From positions 288,001-352,000 of the forward strand of contig CAXXFL010000005.1 of assembly GCA_963674965.2 (NCBI GenBank): a stretch of DNA of 64,000 bases, given 5' to 3'. The number at the start of each line of letters is the position of its first letter. Within the stretch, counting starts at the first letter, position 1. Made by a program: the position numbers and the translations under genes. Positions 47,653 through 58,036 of the stretch are shown here, piece by piece. The stretch is from a bacterium. Its GTDB lineage: Bacteria; RBG-13-61-14; DATKZS01. Below the pieces are notes generated by a model that worked only from the letters and a program-made list of their open reading frames with translations, was not told the DNA's origin and made no database searches.

Positions 47653-49545
47653 CTACTCCTTGTCCTCCCCGGCGGGAAGGACCACGGTGAAGGTGGTTCC
47701 CTTTCCCTCCTCGGTCCGGAAACTTATCTCACCGCCGTGCGCCTTTACTATCTCCCTTACGATGGCCAGGCCCAGGCCCGTGCCCATTTCCCGCTCGGCC
47801 TTGGCGTTGTCGGCCCTGAAGAACTCGGTGAAGACCATGTGCTTTTGCGCGCTGGGGATGCCGATGCCCTCGTCGATGACCTCGATTCGAGTTCCCTTTT
47901 CCGAGGGCGAGAATATGGCCTTGACCCGCTTGCCGGCGGGCGTGTATTTGACCGAGTTCGAGACCAGGTTCTCGAGCGCCCGCTCGATGGCCTCCGAGTC
48001 TCCCAGCGGGCTTGGCGTTCCCGGCTCGACTCGGACCTCGAACTCGAGCCCCTTTTCCAGGGCCTCGTCATGGAAGGTCCTTTCCAGCCGTCCGGCCAGC
48101 CACTCCGGATCGAGCGGCTTTTTCTCGGCCCTTTTCAGCTCCGACTTGGACCTGCTCAGATCGAGAAGCTCCGAGACCAGCTCGAGCATGGTCCTGGCTC
48201 TCCGGTCCACTCTGCGCAGGTACTCGGACTGGTCGGGACCCAGGTCCCCGAGACTCCCGTCCCTTAAGACCTCGAGCATGCTGATAATGGCGGCGAGAGG
48301 CGCCCTCAGGTTATGGGCGACCCTCAGCATGAACCTGGCCCGCTCCTCGGAGTGTCGCCCGATCGTCTCGTAGGCCCTGGCGTTGGCCAGGGCTATGCCC
48401 GCCAGGCCGGCGGCAAGCTGGAAAAACTCGAGATGGTCCTTACCGAACTCTCCCGTCCTCTCGCCGTAGGCCCCCAGTACTCCCAGTATCTCGTCGCCGC
48501 TTTTAATGGGAACGAAGAGGGCGGACCTGACTCCGGCCTCGGCCAGGACCTCGCGGAACTGGAAAGCCTCTCCCGACCGGATATCCTCCGCGATGTGGCT
48601 CTCGCCTTTCAGGACCCTTTTATTGACCGGGCTTTTCTCGACCTCGATCTCCTTTTCCAAAAGTCCCGGGGGCAGGCCGAAGGACGCCGCGTAGGCGAGC
48701 CTTTTGCCGTCCTCGCTTAGAAGCTTGAGGGAGGCCCCCTTTACCACCATGACCTTGGCCAGCTCGTCGGCCAAGACCTGGAGCACCTCGTTGATGCTCC
48801 TGGCCGAGAGCACCGCCTCGGTCATGAGGTACAAGCTCCTGAGCTTGTCGTTGATCTCCCGGACCTTGCGCGTGGCCCGGGCCAGGTCCGTGACCCTCTT
48901 CCTGAGGGCGGCCACCACCGAGTTGGCCGAATAGGCCGTGACGATCAGGGTGGCCGTGAAAAAGCCGATCTCGACCAGGGCGAAGGCGTCGCCGCCGGAC
49001 GGTCCCATTTCCACGCCTTTATAGGTCAGGGCGTGGCCGGCCAGGACGCCGCCTCTTTCCATGACGTGCAAGACGGCCGTTCCCGAGGCCGCCAGCCCCG
49101 CGAACAGGTAGGCGCTCCTGGGCGGCAGCAGGATGGCGGCGAAGATGACGTGGAAGATGAAGAAGAAAAGAAGAGGACTGGCCACGCCCCCGGTGTAATG
49201 GATAAGGGCGAACATGGCGGCGTAGTCAAGGCCCACCTGGAGGTGGGCGAAGGATAAAATCCTCTTTCCGTCCGGTTCCCCTTTGCCGACTCCCGCTCCA
49301 ATTATCTTGAGAAGGACGTTATAGGCGAGTATTGAAGCGGCCGCGGCCATCATGGCGAGGAGGGGGAACTCGAACCCGAGGACCGCCCCCACGCATGAGG
49401 CGGCGATCACGGCGGGGGGCACGAGCCATCTCAGCCGGATGAACCAGAGGTTCACCCTGCCCAGCTCGGCGAGGGCGATTTTGTTTTCGCCTCTCGCCAA
49501 GCCAAGCGAGGTTTCATCCTCCCGGACCTTTTCCTCTCGGTTCAT
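47653..49545 (-). CDS. Membrane sensor histidine kinase with GAF domain
   Basis: Multi-TM N-terminus (YTGGVASP), GAF domain, AHNLRAP, NLVSNSVKY, DEGIG, GTGLGL. Confidence 0.9.
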   Translation of the reverse strand: MNREEKVREDETSLGLARGENKIALAELGRVNLWFIRLRWLVPPAVIAASCVGAVLGFEFPLLAMMAAAASILAYNVLLKIIGAGVGKGEPDGKRILSFAHLQVGLDYAAMFALIHYTGGVASPLLFFFIFHVIFAAILLPPRSAYLFAGLAASGTAVLHVMERGGVLAGHALTYKGVEMGPSGGDAFALVEIGFFTATLIVTAYSANSVVAALRKRVTDLARATRKVREINDKLRSLYLMTEAVLSARSINEVLQVLADELAKVMVVKGASLKLLSEDGKRLAYAASFGLPPGLLEKEIEVEKSPVNKRVLKGESHIAEDIRSGEAFQFREVLAEAGVRSALFVPIKSGDEILGVLGAYGERTGEFGKDHLEFFQLAAGLAGIALANARAYETIGRHSEERARFMLRVAHNLRAPLAAIISMLEVLRDGSLGDLGPDQSEYLRRVDRRARTMLELVSELLDLSRSKSELKRAEKKPLDPEWLAGRLERTFHDEALEKGLEFEVRVEPGTPSPLGDSEAIERALENLVSNSVKYTPAGKRVKAIFSPSEKGTRIEVIDEGIGIPSAQKHMVFTEFFRADNAKAEREMGTGLGLAIVREIVKAHGGEISFRTEEGKGTTFTVVLPAGEDKE

Positions 49546-49560
49546 CGAGTGCCCCTTCCC

Positions 49561-49965
49561 TCAGTCGTTCCCCAAAATGGCGTCGATTTTTTTCAAGAGC
49601 TTCTTCGAGTCCACCGGTTTCTCGAACATCCACTTGGCGGGCCACGACTCTCCCAACACGTGCTGGAACTGGCCCGGCCCCTCGTCCTTGACCTTCTCGA
49701 GGAAGCTGGTCAGGATGATGATGGGCAGGTTGCCCAGCTTTTCGTCGTTCTTGAGCTCGTAGGCCAGGTCGAAGCCCTCGGTGTCGGTGGACATCATCAC
49801 GTCCAGGATGATGAGATCGGGGAGTTTTTTCCTCAGCTCGGCCAGGGCCTCCTTGCCGTTCGCCGCCGTGCGGACCTTGTAGTCCTTTCTCTCGAGAATG
49901 ATGCACAGGGAGTCTCGTATGTCCCTGTCGTCGTCAACCACCAGGATTTCACCTTTCCCTTCCAT
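49561..49965 (-). CDS. Single-domain response regulator
   Basis: LVVDDD, ILDVMM, ILTS, EKPV; no output domain. Confidence 0.9.
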   Translation of the reverse strand: MEGKGEILVVDDDRDIRDSLCIILERKDYKVRTAANGKEALAELRKKLPDLIILDVMMSTDTEGFDLAYELKNDEKLGNLPIIILTSFLEKVKDEGPGQFQHVLGESWPAKWMFEKPVDSKKLLKKIDAILGND

Positions 49966-49994
49966 TTTTCGCCTCCTTTTCCGGCGCCCCGCTT

Positions 49995-51722
49995 TTAATA
50001 GTCCCTCGCCGTGTATTTAGTGTGAAGCAGATGATGGGACCTCTCTCCGAGCGGTTCCTTTAAGAACTTGTCGTAAAGCTCCTTGATGGCCGGGTTCAGG
50101 TGCGACTGCCTGAAGCTTTGAACCTCGGCGTCGTCGTTGTAAAGGGCCTGGGCGCGCAGGGCCCGCTTCTCGTCGCTGGCGGGCAGGGGCTGTCCGCCTC
50201 CGCCCACGCACCCGCCGGGGCAGGCCATGATCTCGATGAAGTGATAGTCCGCCTCTCCCGCCTTGACCTTGTCCATCAGCCTTCTGGCGTTGCCCAGTCC
50301 GTGGGCCACGGCGACCTTGACCAGTCCCAGGTCTCCCACCTCGAGGGCGGCCTCCTTGACTCCCTCCAGGCCCCGCACCGGGGTTATGTCCAGGCTCGGC
50401 ATCTCCTTGCCGTTGACCGCGGCGTAGACCGTGCGCAGCGCCGCCTCCATCACGCCGCCCGTGGCCCCGAAGATGGTGGCCGCTCCGGTGTACTGGCCCA
50501 TGGGCGGGTCGTAATCGTCGTCGGGCAGGTTGGCGAAGTCTATGCCCGCCTTTTTGATCATCCTGGCCAGCTCGCGCGTGGTCAGGACCAGGTCCACGTC
50601 CCGGAACCCGGAGGAGTTCATCTCCGGCCTGGCGGCCTCGTACTTCTTGGCCGTGCAGGGCATGATCGACACGGAGAAGATATCCTTGGGGTCTATGCCG
50701 GCGGACTCGGCGTAATAGGTTTTGGCCAGGGCCCCGAACATCTGCTGGGGGGACTTGCAAGTGGACACGTTGGGCAAAAGGGAAGGATAAAAGTGCTCGA
50801 TGAACTTGATCCAGCCGGGGCTGCAGGAGGTCATCATGGGAAGCACGCCGTTGTTCTTGACTCGGTAAAGCAGCTCGTTTCCCTCCTCGATGATGGTCAG
50901 GTCCGCGGTGAAGTTGGTGTCGAAGACCCTGTCGAACCCGAGTCTTCTCAGGGCGGCGATCATCTTGCCGGTGACGAGGGACCCCGGCGGCATGCCGAAC
51001 TCCTCTCCCAGTTGGGCCCTGATGGCGGGGGCCTCCTGGACCACCACGTGCCGGGAGGGGTCGTCGATGGCGTCCCATGCCAGGTCCGTCTCGTCTCTTT
51101 CCACGATGGCGCCCGTCGGGCAGACCACGGCGCACTGGCCGCAGAAGGTGCAGGCCGACTCGGCCAGGCTCTTGGACAGGGCGGGCACGACCCTCGACTC
51201 GAACCCCCTTCCCTCCGGCGTCAACAGGTTTACTCCCTGGACCTCGGCGCAGACCGTGACGCAGCGCAGGCAGTTGACGCACTTGCTGGAGTCCCTTACC
51301 AGGGCGGGCGAGGAATCGTCGATCTTGCGGCTCGAAAAGTCGGTCACGGGCACGGTGATCTTTCTCACGCCCACCAGCTCGGCCAGCCTCTGGAGCTCGC
51401 AGGACCCGTTCTTGAGACACAGGTTGCAGTCGGCCGGGTGGTCGGAAAGAAGGAACTCGACTATCCTTTTCCTCGCCCTCCTCACCCTGGCCGTGTTGGT
51501 TTTGACCTTCATGCCGGGGGCCACCGGGTAAACGCAGGAGGCCACCAGGCTCCTCGCCCTCTCGACCTCGACCACGCAGACCCGGCAGGCGCCCGGCGCG
51601 TGACCGATCTCGGGCATCGTGCAAAGCGTCGGTATGAATACTCCCACCTCGCGGGCGGCCTCGAGGACCGTGGTCCCCTCCGGGACCTCGACTTCAAGGT
51701 TGTCTATCGTAAGCTTAACCAT
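49995..51722 (-). CDS. hydA: [FeFe]-hydrogenase catalytic subunit (group A3-type)
   Basis: N-terminal 2Fe-2S and 4Fe-4S motifs; TSCSPGW, MPCTAKKYE, EIMACPGGCVGGGGQP. Confidence 0.95.
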   Translation of the reverse strand: MVKLTIDNLEVEVPEGTTVLEAAREVGVFIPTLCTMPEIGHAPGACRVCVVEVERARSLVASCVYPVAPGMKVKTNTARVRRARKRIVEFLLSDHPADCNLCLKNGSCELQRLAELVGVRKITVPVTDFSSRKIDDSSPALVRDSSKCVNCLRCVTVCAEVQGVNLLTPEGRGFESRVVPALSKSLAESACTFCGQCAVVCPTGAIVERDETDLAWDAIDDPSRHVVVQEAPAIRAQLGEEFGMPPGSLVTGKMIAALRRLGFDRVFDTNFTADLTIIEEGNELLYRVKNNGVLPMMTSCSPGWIKFIEHFYPSLLPNVSTCKSPQQMFGALAKTYYAESAGIDPKDIFSVSIMPCTAKKYEAARPEMNSSGFRDVDLVLTTRELARMIKKAGIDFANLPDDDYDPPMGQYTGAATIFGATGGVMEAALRTVYAAVNGKEMPSLDITPVRGLEGVKEAALEVGDLGLVKVAVAHGLGNARRLMDKVKAGEADYHFIEIMACPGGCVGGGGQPLPASDEKRALRAQALYNDDAEVQSFRQSHLNPAIKELYDKFLKEPLGERSHHLLHTKYTARDY

Positions 51723-51746
51723 GACACGCTCCTTTCCGCCGTCCGG

Positions 51747-53600
51747 CTACTCCACGATCACGGCGTCGAACTTGCACTTCTGGAGGCAAGTCCCGCACTT
51801 CACGCACAGTTCCTGATCGATTAAGTGGGGCTTTTTCTTCTCGCCCGATATGGCCCCCACCGGGCAGGCCTGGGCGCAGGCGCGGCACCCGGTGCATTTT
51901 TCCTCGTCCACCTTGAACGTGATCAGGGCCTTACAGACCTTGGCCGGACAGGTCTTGTCCCTTATATGGGCGTCGTACTCGTTCCTGAAGTACCTTATGG
52001 TGCTGAGCACGGGATTGGGCGCGGTCTGGCCCAGGCCGCAAAGGGAGGAATCCTTGATGATCGAGGCCAGGTCCTTTAGAAGCTCGACGTCCCCCTCCCG
52101 GCCCTCGCCGTCCCGAATCCTCTCGAGTATCTGCAGCATCCTTCTCGTGCCCACCCGGCAGGGAGTGCACTTGCCGCACGACTCGTCCTGACAGAAGTCC
52201 ATGAAGTAGCGAGCCATGTCCACCATGCAGGCGTCCTCATCCATCACGATGAGGCCGCCGCTGCCCATGATCGCCCCCGCCTTGGTGATCTCCTCGTAGT
52301 CGATGGGAATGTCCATCACCTCGGCCGGGATGCAGCCCCCGGAGGGACCTCCCAGTTGGGCCGCCTTCAGCTTCTTGCCCTCGGGTATGCCCCCGCAAAG
52401 CTCGAATATCACCTTGCCCAGGCGGGTACCCATCTCGACCTCGACCAGGCCCACGTTGTTCACGTTGCCGGTGACGGCGAAGACCTTGGTCCCCTTCGAT
52501 CCCTCGGTCCCGATCTCTCCGCAGACCTCTCCTCCCTCCCTGATGATGAGGGGCACGTTGGCGTAGGTCTCGACGTTGTTCAATATGGTCGGCTTTTTCC
52601 ACAGCCCGCTTACCGCCGGGAAGGGGGGCCTGGGCCTCGGGTTCCCCCGCCGTCCCTCGATGGAGGCCATGAGGGCCGTCTCCTCGCCGCACACGAAGGC
52701 CCCGGCCCCCATGTAGACCTCGACGTCGAAATCGAAGCCCGAGCCCAGTATGTCCTTGCCCAGGAGCCCGTAGTCCTTGGCCCGCTCGATGGCCAGGTTG
52801 AGCCTCTTCACCGCCAGGGGATACTCGGCCCGGCAATAGATGTAACCCTGGTGGGAGTCGATGGCCCTGGCCGCCACGATCATGCCCTCCAGCACGGCGT
52901 GGGGCGTGGCCTCCATCACGGCCCGGTCCATGAACGCCCCCGGGTCTCCCTCGTCGGCGTTGCAAAGAACGTACTTCTCGTCGCCCTTCGAGTTGGCGCA
53001 GAACTCCCACTTGAGCCCGGTGGGAAAACCTCCGCCCCCCCGGCCCCGCAGGCCGGACTCCTTGATCTCCGCGATGATCCGGGCCGGCTTCATCTCGATA
53101 AGGGCCTTGGCCGCCGCAGCGTAGCCGTCCCACCAGATGTACTCGTCCACGCTCTCCGGGTCTATCTTGCCCATGGCCCGCATCACCCGCTGATGCTGGA
53201 GAGTAAAATAGGGTATCTCGCTTATAGTCCTGAAAATCTCGCCGCTCCTCGGGTCCTTGTGCATGCAGCGCTCGACCGGCCGGTCCTTGCCGAAATGGGA
53301 CTCGACTATCTCCTCCACGTCCTTATCCTCGAGACGCTGATAGAAGACGCCCTCGGGAAAGACCGTCATGAGTGGACCCACCGAGCAAAAGCCGTTACAA
53401 CCGGTCAAAACGATCTCGACCTTGCCGTTCAGCCCCGCCTTCTCGACCGCGTTTTTCAGGGCGTCCTTTATTGGAAGACTCCCCGAGGCCCGGCATCCCG
53501 TGTCGCCGCAAACCAGGGCCCGGTACTTGAACTTCTCTTTTTCCTTGGCCACTCGCTCCCTTATTTTTTCCAAGTCCGCCAATTTAAGTTTCTTGCCCAT
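51747..53600 (-). CDS. hydB: NuoF-like diaphorase subunit of [FeFe]-hydrogenase
   Basis: N-terminal CGDTGC/GCNGFC, GLRGRGGGGFPTG, CNADEGDPG, GAFVCGEETAL, ESCGKCTPCR, C-terminal 2x4Fe-4S. Confidence 0.93.
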   Translation of the reverse strand: MGKKLKLADLEKIRERVAKEKEKFKYRALVCGDTGCRASGSLPIKDALKNAVEKAGLNGKVEIVLTGCNGFCSVGPLMTVFPEGVFYQRLEDKDVEEIVESHFGKDRPVERCMHKDPRSGEIFRTISEIPYFTLQHQRVMRAMGKIDPESVDEYIWWDGYAAAAKALIEMKPARIIAEIKESGLRGRGGGGFPTGLKWEFCANSKGDEKYVLCNADEGDPGAFMDRAVMEATPHAVLEGMIVAARAIDSHQGYIYCRAEYPLAVKRLNLAIERAKDYGLLGKDILGSGFDFDVEVYMGAGAFVCGEETALMASIEGRRGNPRPRPPFPAVSGLWKKPTILNNVETYANVPLIIREGGEVCGEIGTEGSKGTKVFAVTGNVNNVGLVEVEMGTRLGKVIFELCGGIPEGKKLKAAQLGGPSGGCIPAEVMDIPIDYEEITKAGAIMGSGGLIVMDEDACMVDMARYFMDFCQDESCGKCTPCRVGTRRMLQILERIRDGEGREGDVELLKDLASIIKDSSLCGLGQTAPNPVLSTIRYFRNEYDAHIRDKTCPAKVCKALITFKVDEEKCTGCRACAQACPVGAISGEKKKPHLIDQELCVKCGTCLQKCKFDAVIVE

Positions 53601-53625
53601 GATCACCCTCCTTTCCGGGCGGCCC

Positions 53626-54123
53626 TTACTCGTAAGCCTTGATGATCTTGGACAGACGCGACGCCTTGAGTTCCTTATGCACGTCCTCATCCACGATCAT
53701 CACCGGGGCAAGGGCGCAGCATCCCAGGCAGCGGACAGCTTCCAAGCCGAATTTTCCGTCCTCAGTGCACTCCCCCACCTTGCATTTAAGCTCCCGCTCG
53801 AGTTGATCGACCACCTTTTGCGCTCCCTTCACGTGGCAGGCCGTTCCAAGGCAAACCCTTATCTGGTGCTTGCCGCGGGGAGTCATGGTAAAGAAGGAAT
53901 AAAAGGTGACCACCCCATAGACTTGAGCCAGCGGGATATCCAGTCCCCTGGCCACACGGCGCTGGATGGACTCGGGCAGGTACCCCACGACCCCCTGGAC
54001 TTTCTCGAGCACCGGTATGAGGGCCCCGGGTTTTCCCCTGTATTCCTTAATTATTTCGTCGGCTTTTTCCAGATCGTCAGGAGAGAACTCCTCTTCCCGA
54101 GCCAAATGACAACCCATCTCCAT
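53626..54123 (-). CDS. hydC: NuoE-like 2Fe-2S subunit of [FeFe]-hydrogenase
   Basis: VYGVVTFYSFF, CLGTACHVKG, CLGCCALAP; start at ATG behind GGAGG. Confidence 0.93.
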   Translation of the reverse strand: MEMGCHLAREEEFSPDDLEKADEIIKEYRGKPGALIPVLEKVQGVVGYLPESIQRRVARGLDIPLAQVYGVVTFYSFFTMTPRGKHQIRVCLGTACHVKGAQKVVDQLERELKCKVGECTEDGKFGLEAVRCLGCCALAPVMIVDEDVHKELKASRLSKIIKAYE

Positions 54124-54567
54124 GACTTTCACACCTCCTTCCCCGGAGGGATTTATCCCTCTTATAACGCCCGGGTTAAATCCCATGAGGCCGTTTTATC
54201 GGCCGCAAAGCACGCCCCTTATTTACTCGCCAGATTAAAAGGCAATTCCCGTGCCCGGTAAAAATTAATTTAAGACATGCCTAAGTATTGATTATAAATG
54301 GTGATACAAAGATGATTAGCGTCCTTGACGCCGGTTTTCTTTACAATATGAATATATGCTTTACACGCTGGACCGCGCCACGGACAATTCATCCGGCGGG
54401 AATGATGAATAACAAGGGCTTAATAAAAAAATCACCAATTTTTCGCGTCCTTTTGGCCTGGCCTTTCCCGTGGTTCTCCTAACGGAAAAACGGACTTCCG
54501 GCCATGGATGGGGCTCGGGTCGTCTTGGAATTTCCATTGGCCGCTTCTATCTTGCATGGGCGGCGGG

Positions 54568-54597
54568 TTGAATGTTTCGAGAACATGTGGTTATAAT
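54568..54597 (+). promoter_or_regulatory. Sigma70-type promoter of the rpmH operon
   Basis: TTGAAT-N18-TATAAT; spacer contains ATGTT-N5-AACAT. Confidence 0.6.
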
Positions 54598-54643
54598 ATT
54601 AGTTTACTGAAATAGACACTACGCTTTAAAAAGGAATATCGAG

Positions 54644-54799
54644 ATGAAGAGAACATATCAGCCACACAACGGAAGGCGTCTTAGAACGCACGGGTTTCGT
54701 GCCAGGATGGCCACCAAGGGAGGCCGGCTGGTCTTGAAGAGCAGACGCAACAAGGGAAGAAAGCGGCTGGCGGTATCCGTTCCCAGCGCCAGAAAGTAA
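54644..54799 (+). CDS. rpmH: 50S ribosomal protein L34
   Basis: Manual translation [51 protein letters not shown]; below the track size cut-off. Confidence 0.97.
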   Translation: MKRTYQPHNGRRLRTHGFRARMATKGGRLVLKSRRNKGRKRLAVSVPSARK

Positions 54800-54802
54800 G
54801 CC

Positions 54803-55237
54803 ATGCCCCGCTACGGTCTCCACCGCCGCGAGCGCGTGCTGAAGACCTGGGAATACAAATCGATCCGGAGTCGGGGCCGTAGAAAGTCGTCCCGTTATTT
54901 CACGCTCAATTACCTGGCCAAGGACTCCGGAGGTCTAAGGCTGGGCCTTATAGTTAGCCGGAAGGTCGGAAAGGCCCACGACAGGAACCGGATTAAAAGA
55001 ACGATTCGAGAGTTTTTTCGGCTCAATAAGGACTGGATACGGGAGACGGTGGGAAAGTCGGACGAGCCGATGGACAAATGGGGACTGGACCTGGCCTTCA
55101 TGGCCAAACCCGGGGCCGCCGCTCTCGATTATAAAGGGGCCCGAGAAGAACTTTTTTATCTGGTGAAGAAATTGCCGGGGTCCATTACCTGGCCCGAGGC
55201 GGATAAAATCGAGGATTCCGAGACGCCCGAGGCTTAG
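54803..55237 (+). CDS. rnpA: Ribonuclease P protein component
   Basis: [28 protein letters not shown]; follows rpmH. Confidence 0.95.
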   Translation: MPRYGLHRRERVLKTWEYKSIRSRGRRKSSRYFTLNYLAKDSGGLRLGLIVSRKVGKAHDRNRIKRTIREFFRLNKDWIRETVGKSDEPMDKWGLDLAFMAKPGAAALDYKGAREELFYLVKKLPGSITWPEADKIEDSETPEA

Positions 55238-55257
55238 TCTCGGCGGGGAGTATTGAA

Positions 55258-55470
55258 TTGGCGTCCAAGGCGGCGATACTGCTATTAAGGTTCTACAAGT
55301 ATTTCATATCGCCCATTTTGCCGCCGGCGTGCAGGTTTACCCCCACCTGCTCGGAATACTCCATGGAGGCATTTGCCAAGCACGGGTTTTTTAAGGGATT
55401 GTGGCTTACCGTCCGGCGGATATCCAGGTGCCATCCCTTTAACCCCGGCGGGTACGACCCGGTGCCCTAG
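55258..55470 (+). CDS. yidD: Membrane protein insertion efficiency factor
   Basis: YKYFISP...[10 protein letters not shown]...[14 protein letters not shown]. Confidence 0.95.
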   Translation: MASKAAILLLRFYKYFISPILPPACRFTPTCSEYSMEAFAKHGFFKGLWLTVRRISRCHPFNPGGYDPVP

Positions 55471-55551
55471 CGCCGGGAAGGCCGGAAAACATGGGGAATA
55501 AACGAATTAACGCGGGACTTCGATCGCCCGCTTTCGGATCGCGGCGGTAAT

Positions 55552-57303
55552 ATGGAAGAAAAAAACTTTATCTTTTTTATCATCATCTCGGTGGGTATAT
55601 TCCTGCTTTGGTCCATGTTCCTGGCTCCCAAGCCCAAGAAAAGGACCCCCCAAGAGGGAGTGACGGCGGGCGACACCCTTTCCCGCGAAGCCGCGAGGGC
55701 CGCGGACAAGGCCGGAAAAACGACGGCGCCCGACTCCACCGATACGTCCTTGACCCCGATAGTCCCGGCCGACGACGCCGGCGAGGAGCCGGTCCTTACC
55801 GCCTTCAACGCGGGACCGACCGTGCACGTGGTAACCGACGTTTACGACGTCGAGTTCGCGGGAAGGGGAGGCGCGCCCACCCACTGGAAACTGATCAAAT
55901 ACCCGAAGGAAAAATGTTTTCCCAGGAAGGTCGAGATAGCCTGGCCGCCCCTTGTAAAGGACCCCGCCTGCGATCCCAGCCCGGTGGACCTTCTCGATCC
56001 CGATTTCGCCACCGAGAGGCAGGGCCTCATGAGCAACGTGACCGTTGACGGCGAGGTCGTAAAGATGGACCGCATGTGGACCCCCGTAAGCGACGATCTG
56101 TTCCTGGCTGACGGCGACTCGGTGGGTGAGATGGTTTTTCAGACCACCCTTGGCGATGGAAGGACCCTGAAGAAAATCTATCGCTTCGGAAAATCCCGCT
56201 ACGACGTGGACCTTATTTTCAAGGTGGAGGGCCAGGCGCCCAAGACCGCCGGCGTGGACATTTCCCTGTTTTATCGTTTCGCTCCGTACCTCAAGTCGGG
56301 AGTGCCCCGCTGGAACTTCAACGGTCCCATAGCGCATAACGGACGCGCCCTGAAGCAATTTTCTCCCAAGGACGTTATCGAGGAGGGAGACGCCGGCGTC
56401 AAGCTGGACGCGGTCGAGTGGGCCGGGGTAACGGACGATTATTTCCTTTCCGCGGTGCTGGCCTCCGAGGACTCGAAGGTCCAGGTCCTTGGCAAGTACG
56501 TGGGCAGCGAGGAGAACAGGGAGGCCAAGAAGACGGCCAAGGACATATGGGTGCTGGCCCGCGTTCGTCCCTCCGAGCAAGACCTCAAGGACGGGATAGC
56601 GGCCCGGATGAAGGTCTTCATGGGTCCCAAGGACAAGACCATTTTAAAACCGGTGCTTCCCAGCCTCGAGTTCTCCATCGACTACGGGATGCTCAAGCCC
56701 CTGGTCATGCCCCTTATCACGGCGCTGGTATACATCGACAAGCTGATCGGCAATTACGGGGCGACCATCATCGTTTTGACCGTGATCCTGAGGATGGCCA
56801 TGTTCCCCCTTACCCGCAAGGGTCAGAAATCGATGAAGCAGATGACCAAGCTCCAGCCGGAAATCCAGAAGATTCGGGAGATGTATCCCGACGACAAGAT
56901 GAAGCAAAACGAGGAGATGCAGCAACTGTGGAAGAGGAATAAAATCAATCCCGCCATGGGCTGCCTGCCCATGCTGCTTCAGATGCCGGTGTTTTTCGCC
57001 TTTTACAAGGCGCTTCTTATATCGATAGAGTTGAGGCAGGCGCCCTTCGCCCTCTGGATCATCGACCTTTCCGCCCGGGACCCCCTTTACATCTGGCCGG
57101 TGCTGATGGGCGGGACCCAGCTTATTACCCAGAAGCTGACGCCTTCTCAAATGGACCCCATGCAACAGAAGATATTTCTGGCTATGCCCATCGTTTTCAT
57201 GTACATTTTAAGGGACTTTCCCTCGGGACTCCTGGTGTATTGGACGGTGTCCAACATCGTGGGCATAGCTCAGCAGCTTTACGTCAACCGCCAACCCGAC
57301 TGA
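55552..57303 (+). CDS. yidC: Membrane protein insertase
   Basis: FMGPK, IDYG, NYGATII, INPAMGCLPMLLQMPVFFAFY, LWIIDLS, PSGLLVYW. Confidence 0.97.
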   Translation: MEEKNFIFFIIISVGIFLLWSMFLAPKPKKRTPQEGVTAGDTLSREAARAADKAGKTTAPDSTDTSLTPIVPADDAGEEPVLTAFNAGPTVHVVTDVYDVEFAGRGGAPTHWKLIKYPKEKCFPRKVEIAWPPLVKDPACDPSPVDLLDPDFATERQGLMSNVTVDGEVVKMDRMWTPVSDDLFLADGDSVGEMVFQTTLGDGRTLKKIYRFGKSRYDVDLIFKVEGQAPKTAGVDISLFYRFAPYLKSGVPRWNFNGPIAHNGRALKQFSPKDVIEEGDAGVKLDAVEWAGVTDDYFLSAVLASEDSKVQVLGKYVGSEENREAKKTAKDIWVLARVRPSEQDLKDGIAARMKVFMGPKDKTILKPVLPSLEFSIDYGMLKPLVMPLITALVYIDKLIGNYGATIIVLTVILRMAMFPLTRKGQKSMKQMTKLQPEIQKIREMYPDDKMKQNEEMQQLWKRNKINPAMGCLPMLLQMPVFFAFYKALLISIELRQAPFALWIIDLSARDPLYIWPVLMGGTQLITQKLTPSQMDPMQQKIFLAMPIVFMYILRDFPSGLLVYWTVSNIVGIAQQLYVNRQPD

Positions 57304-57319
57304 TCGAAAGAGGAACGAC

Positions 57320-57907
57320 ATGGCAGAGGATGAAATAAAAACCGAAGATAATTTCGAGGACCCGGAAGATGATGAGGACGCCGAGGACGAGGAGTTCGAG
57401 GGTTCCGGCGCCGATTCCGCGGACGAGCGCGAGGAGGTCTCGCTCGAGGACGTGGCTCAGTTCGCCTCCGAGGTTACGGCCCGGCTTTTGAGCTACTTCC
57501 CCAGGATCGAGGAGCCGAGAATCTCCTGGCGCGTGGACGAGGGCTCGGTCTGGGTCGAGGTGGAGGGAGACCCCACTGGCCGGCTCATCGGGAGGAAGGG
57601 ACAGACCATCGACGCCTTCGAGCACGTCATCTCCAAGATGGTCAGCCACAAGTTCAGGAGAAGGGTGAACGTCAACGTCGACGCCGAGGGCTACAAGAAA
57701 AGAATGCGCGAGAAGCTCGTGGACCTGGCCACCAAAACGGCGGACTACGTGGCATCCACCGGCGGCGCCAGGGCCCTCGAGCCCATGTCGCCCGCGGACA
57801 GGAGAATAATCCACATCACTCTTCGGCAAAGGGAAGACGTGATCACCGCCAGCGAGGGAAGAGAGCCCAACCGGTTCGTGGTCATATGGCCCAACGACGA
57901 GGAATAA
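57320..57907 (+). CDS. jag: KH + R3H RNA-binding protein Jag/KhpB (short form)
   Basis: LIGRKGQTIDA KH motif; LEPMSPADRRIIH R3H motif; acidic N-terminus. Confidence 0.9.
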   Translation: MAEDEIKTEDNFEDPEDDEDAEDEEFEGSGADSADEREEVSLEDVAQFASEVTARLLSYFPRIEEPRISWRVDEGSVWVEVEGDPTGRLIGRKGQTIDAFEHVISKMVSHKFRRRVNVNVDAEGYKKRMREKLVDLATKTADYVASTGGARALEPMSPADRRIIHITLRQREDVITASEGREPNRFVVIWPNDEE

Positions 57908-57988
57908 TTCCCCAAGCCCGGGCCGCCAATGATAGCCCGCCCGGCGAGTCGGCCCGGACTTGCCTGAAGAAGGCGGGCAATAAAAGCG

Positions 57989-58025
57989 AAAAACCCCGGC
58001 CAAATCCGACCGGGGTTGATTTTTT
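57989..58025. terminator. Bidirectional intrinsic terminator between convergent jag and rplC
   Basis: AACCCCGG (57992-57999)/CCGGGGTT (58010-58017) stem with an A-run on the left and a T-run on the right. Confidence 0.7.
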
Positions 58026-58036
58026 CTCTTGGACCG

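Noticed and set aside
54552-54565. 14-bp match (TTGCATGGGCGGCG) to the first array unit
   Set aside because: Single short GC-rich match lacking the other palindrome arm; compatible with chance.
54124-54643. oriC upstream of rpmH
   Set aside because: AT-rich, but no consensus DnaA boxes were seen and dnaA is absent; divergent promoters explain it.
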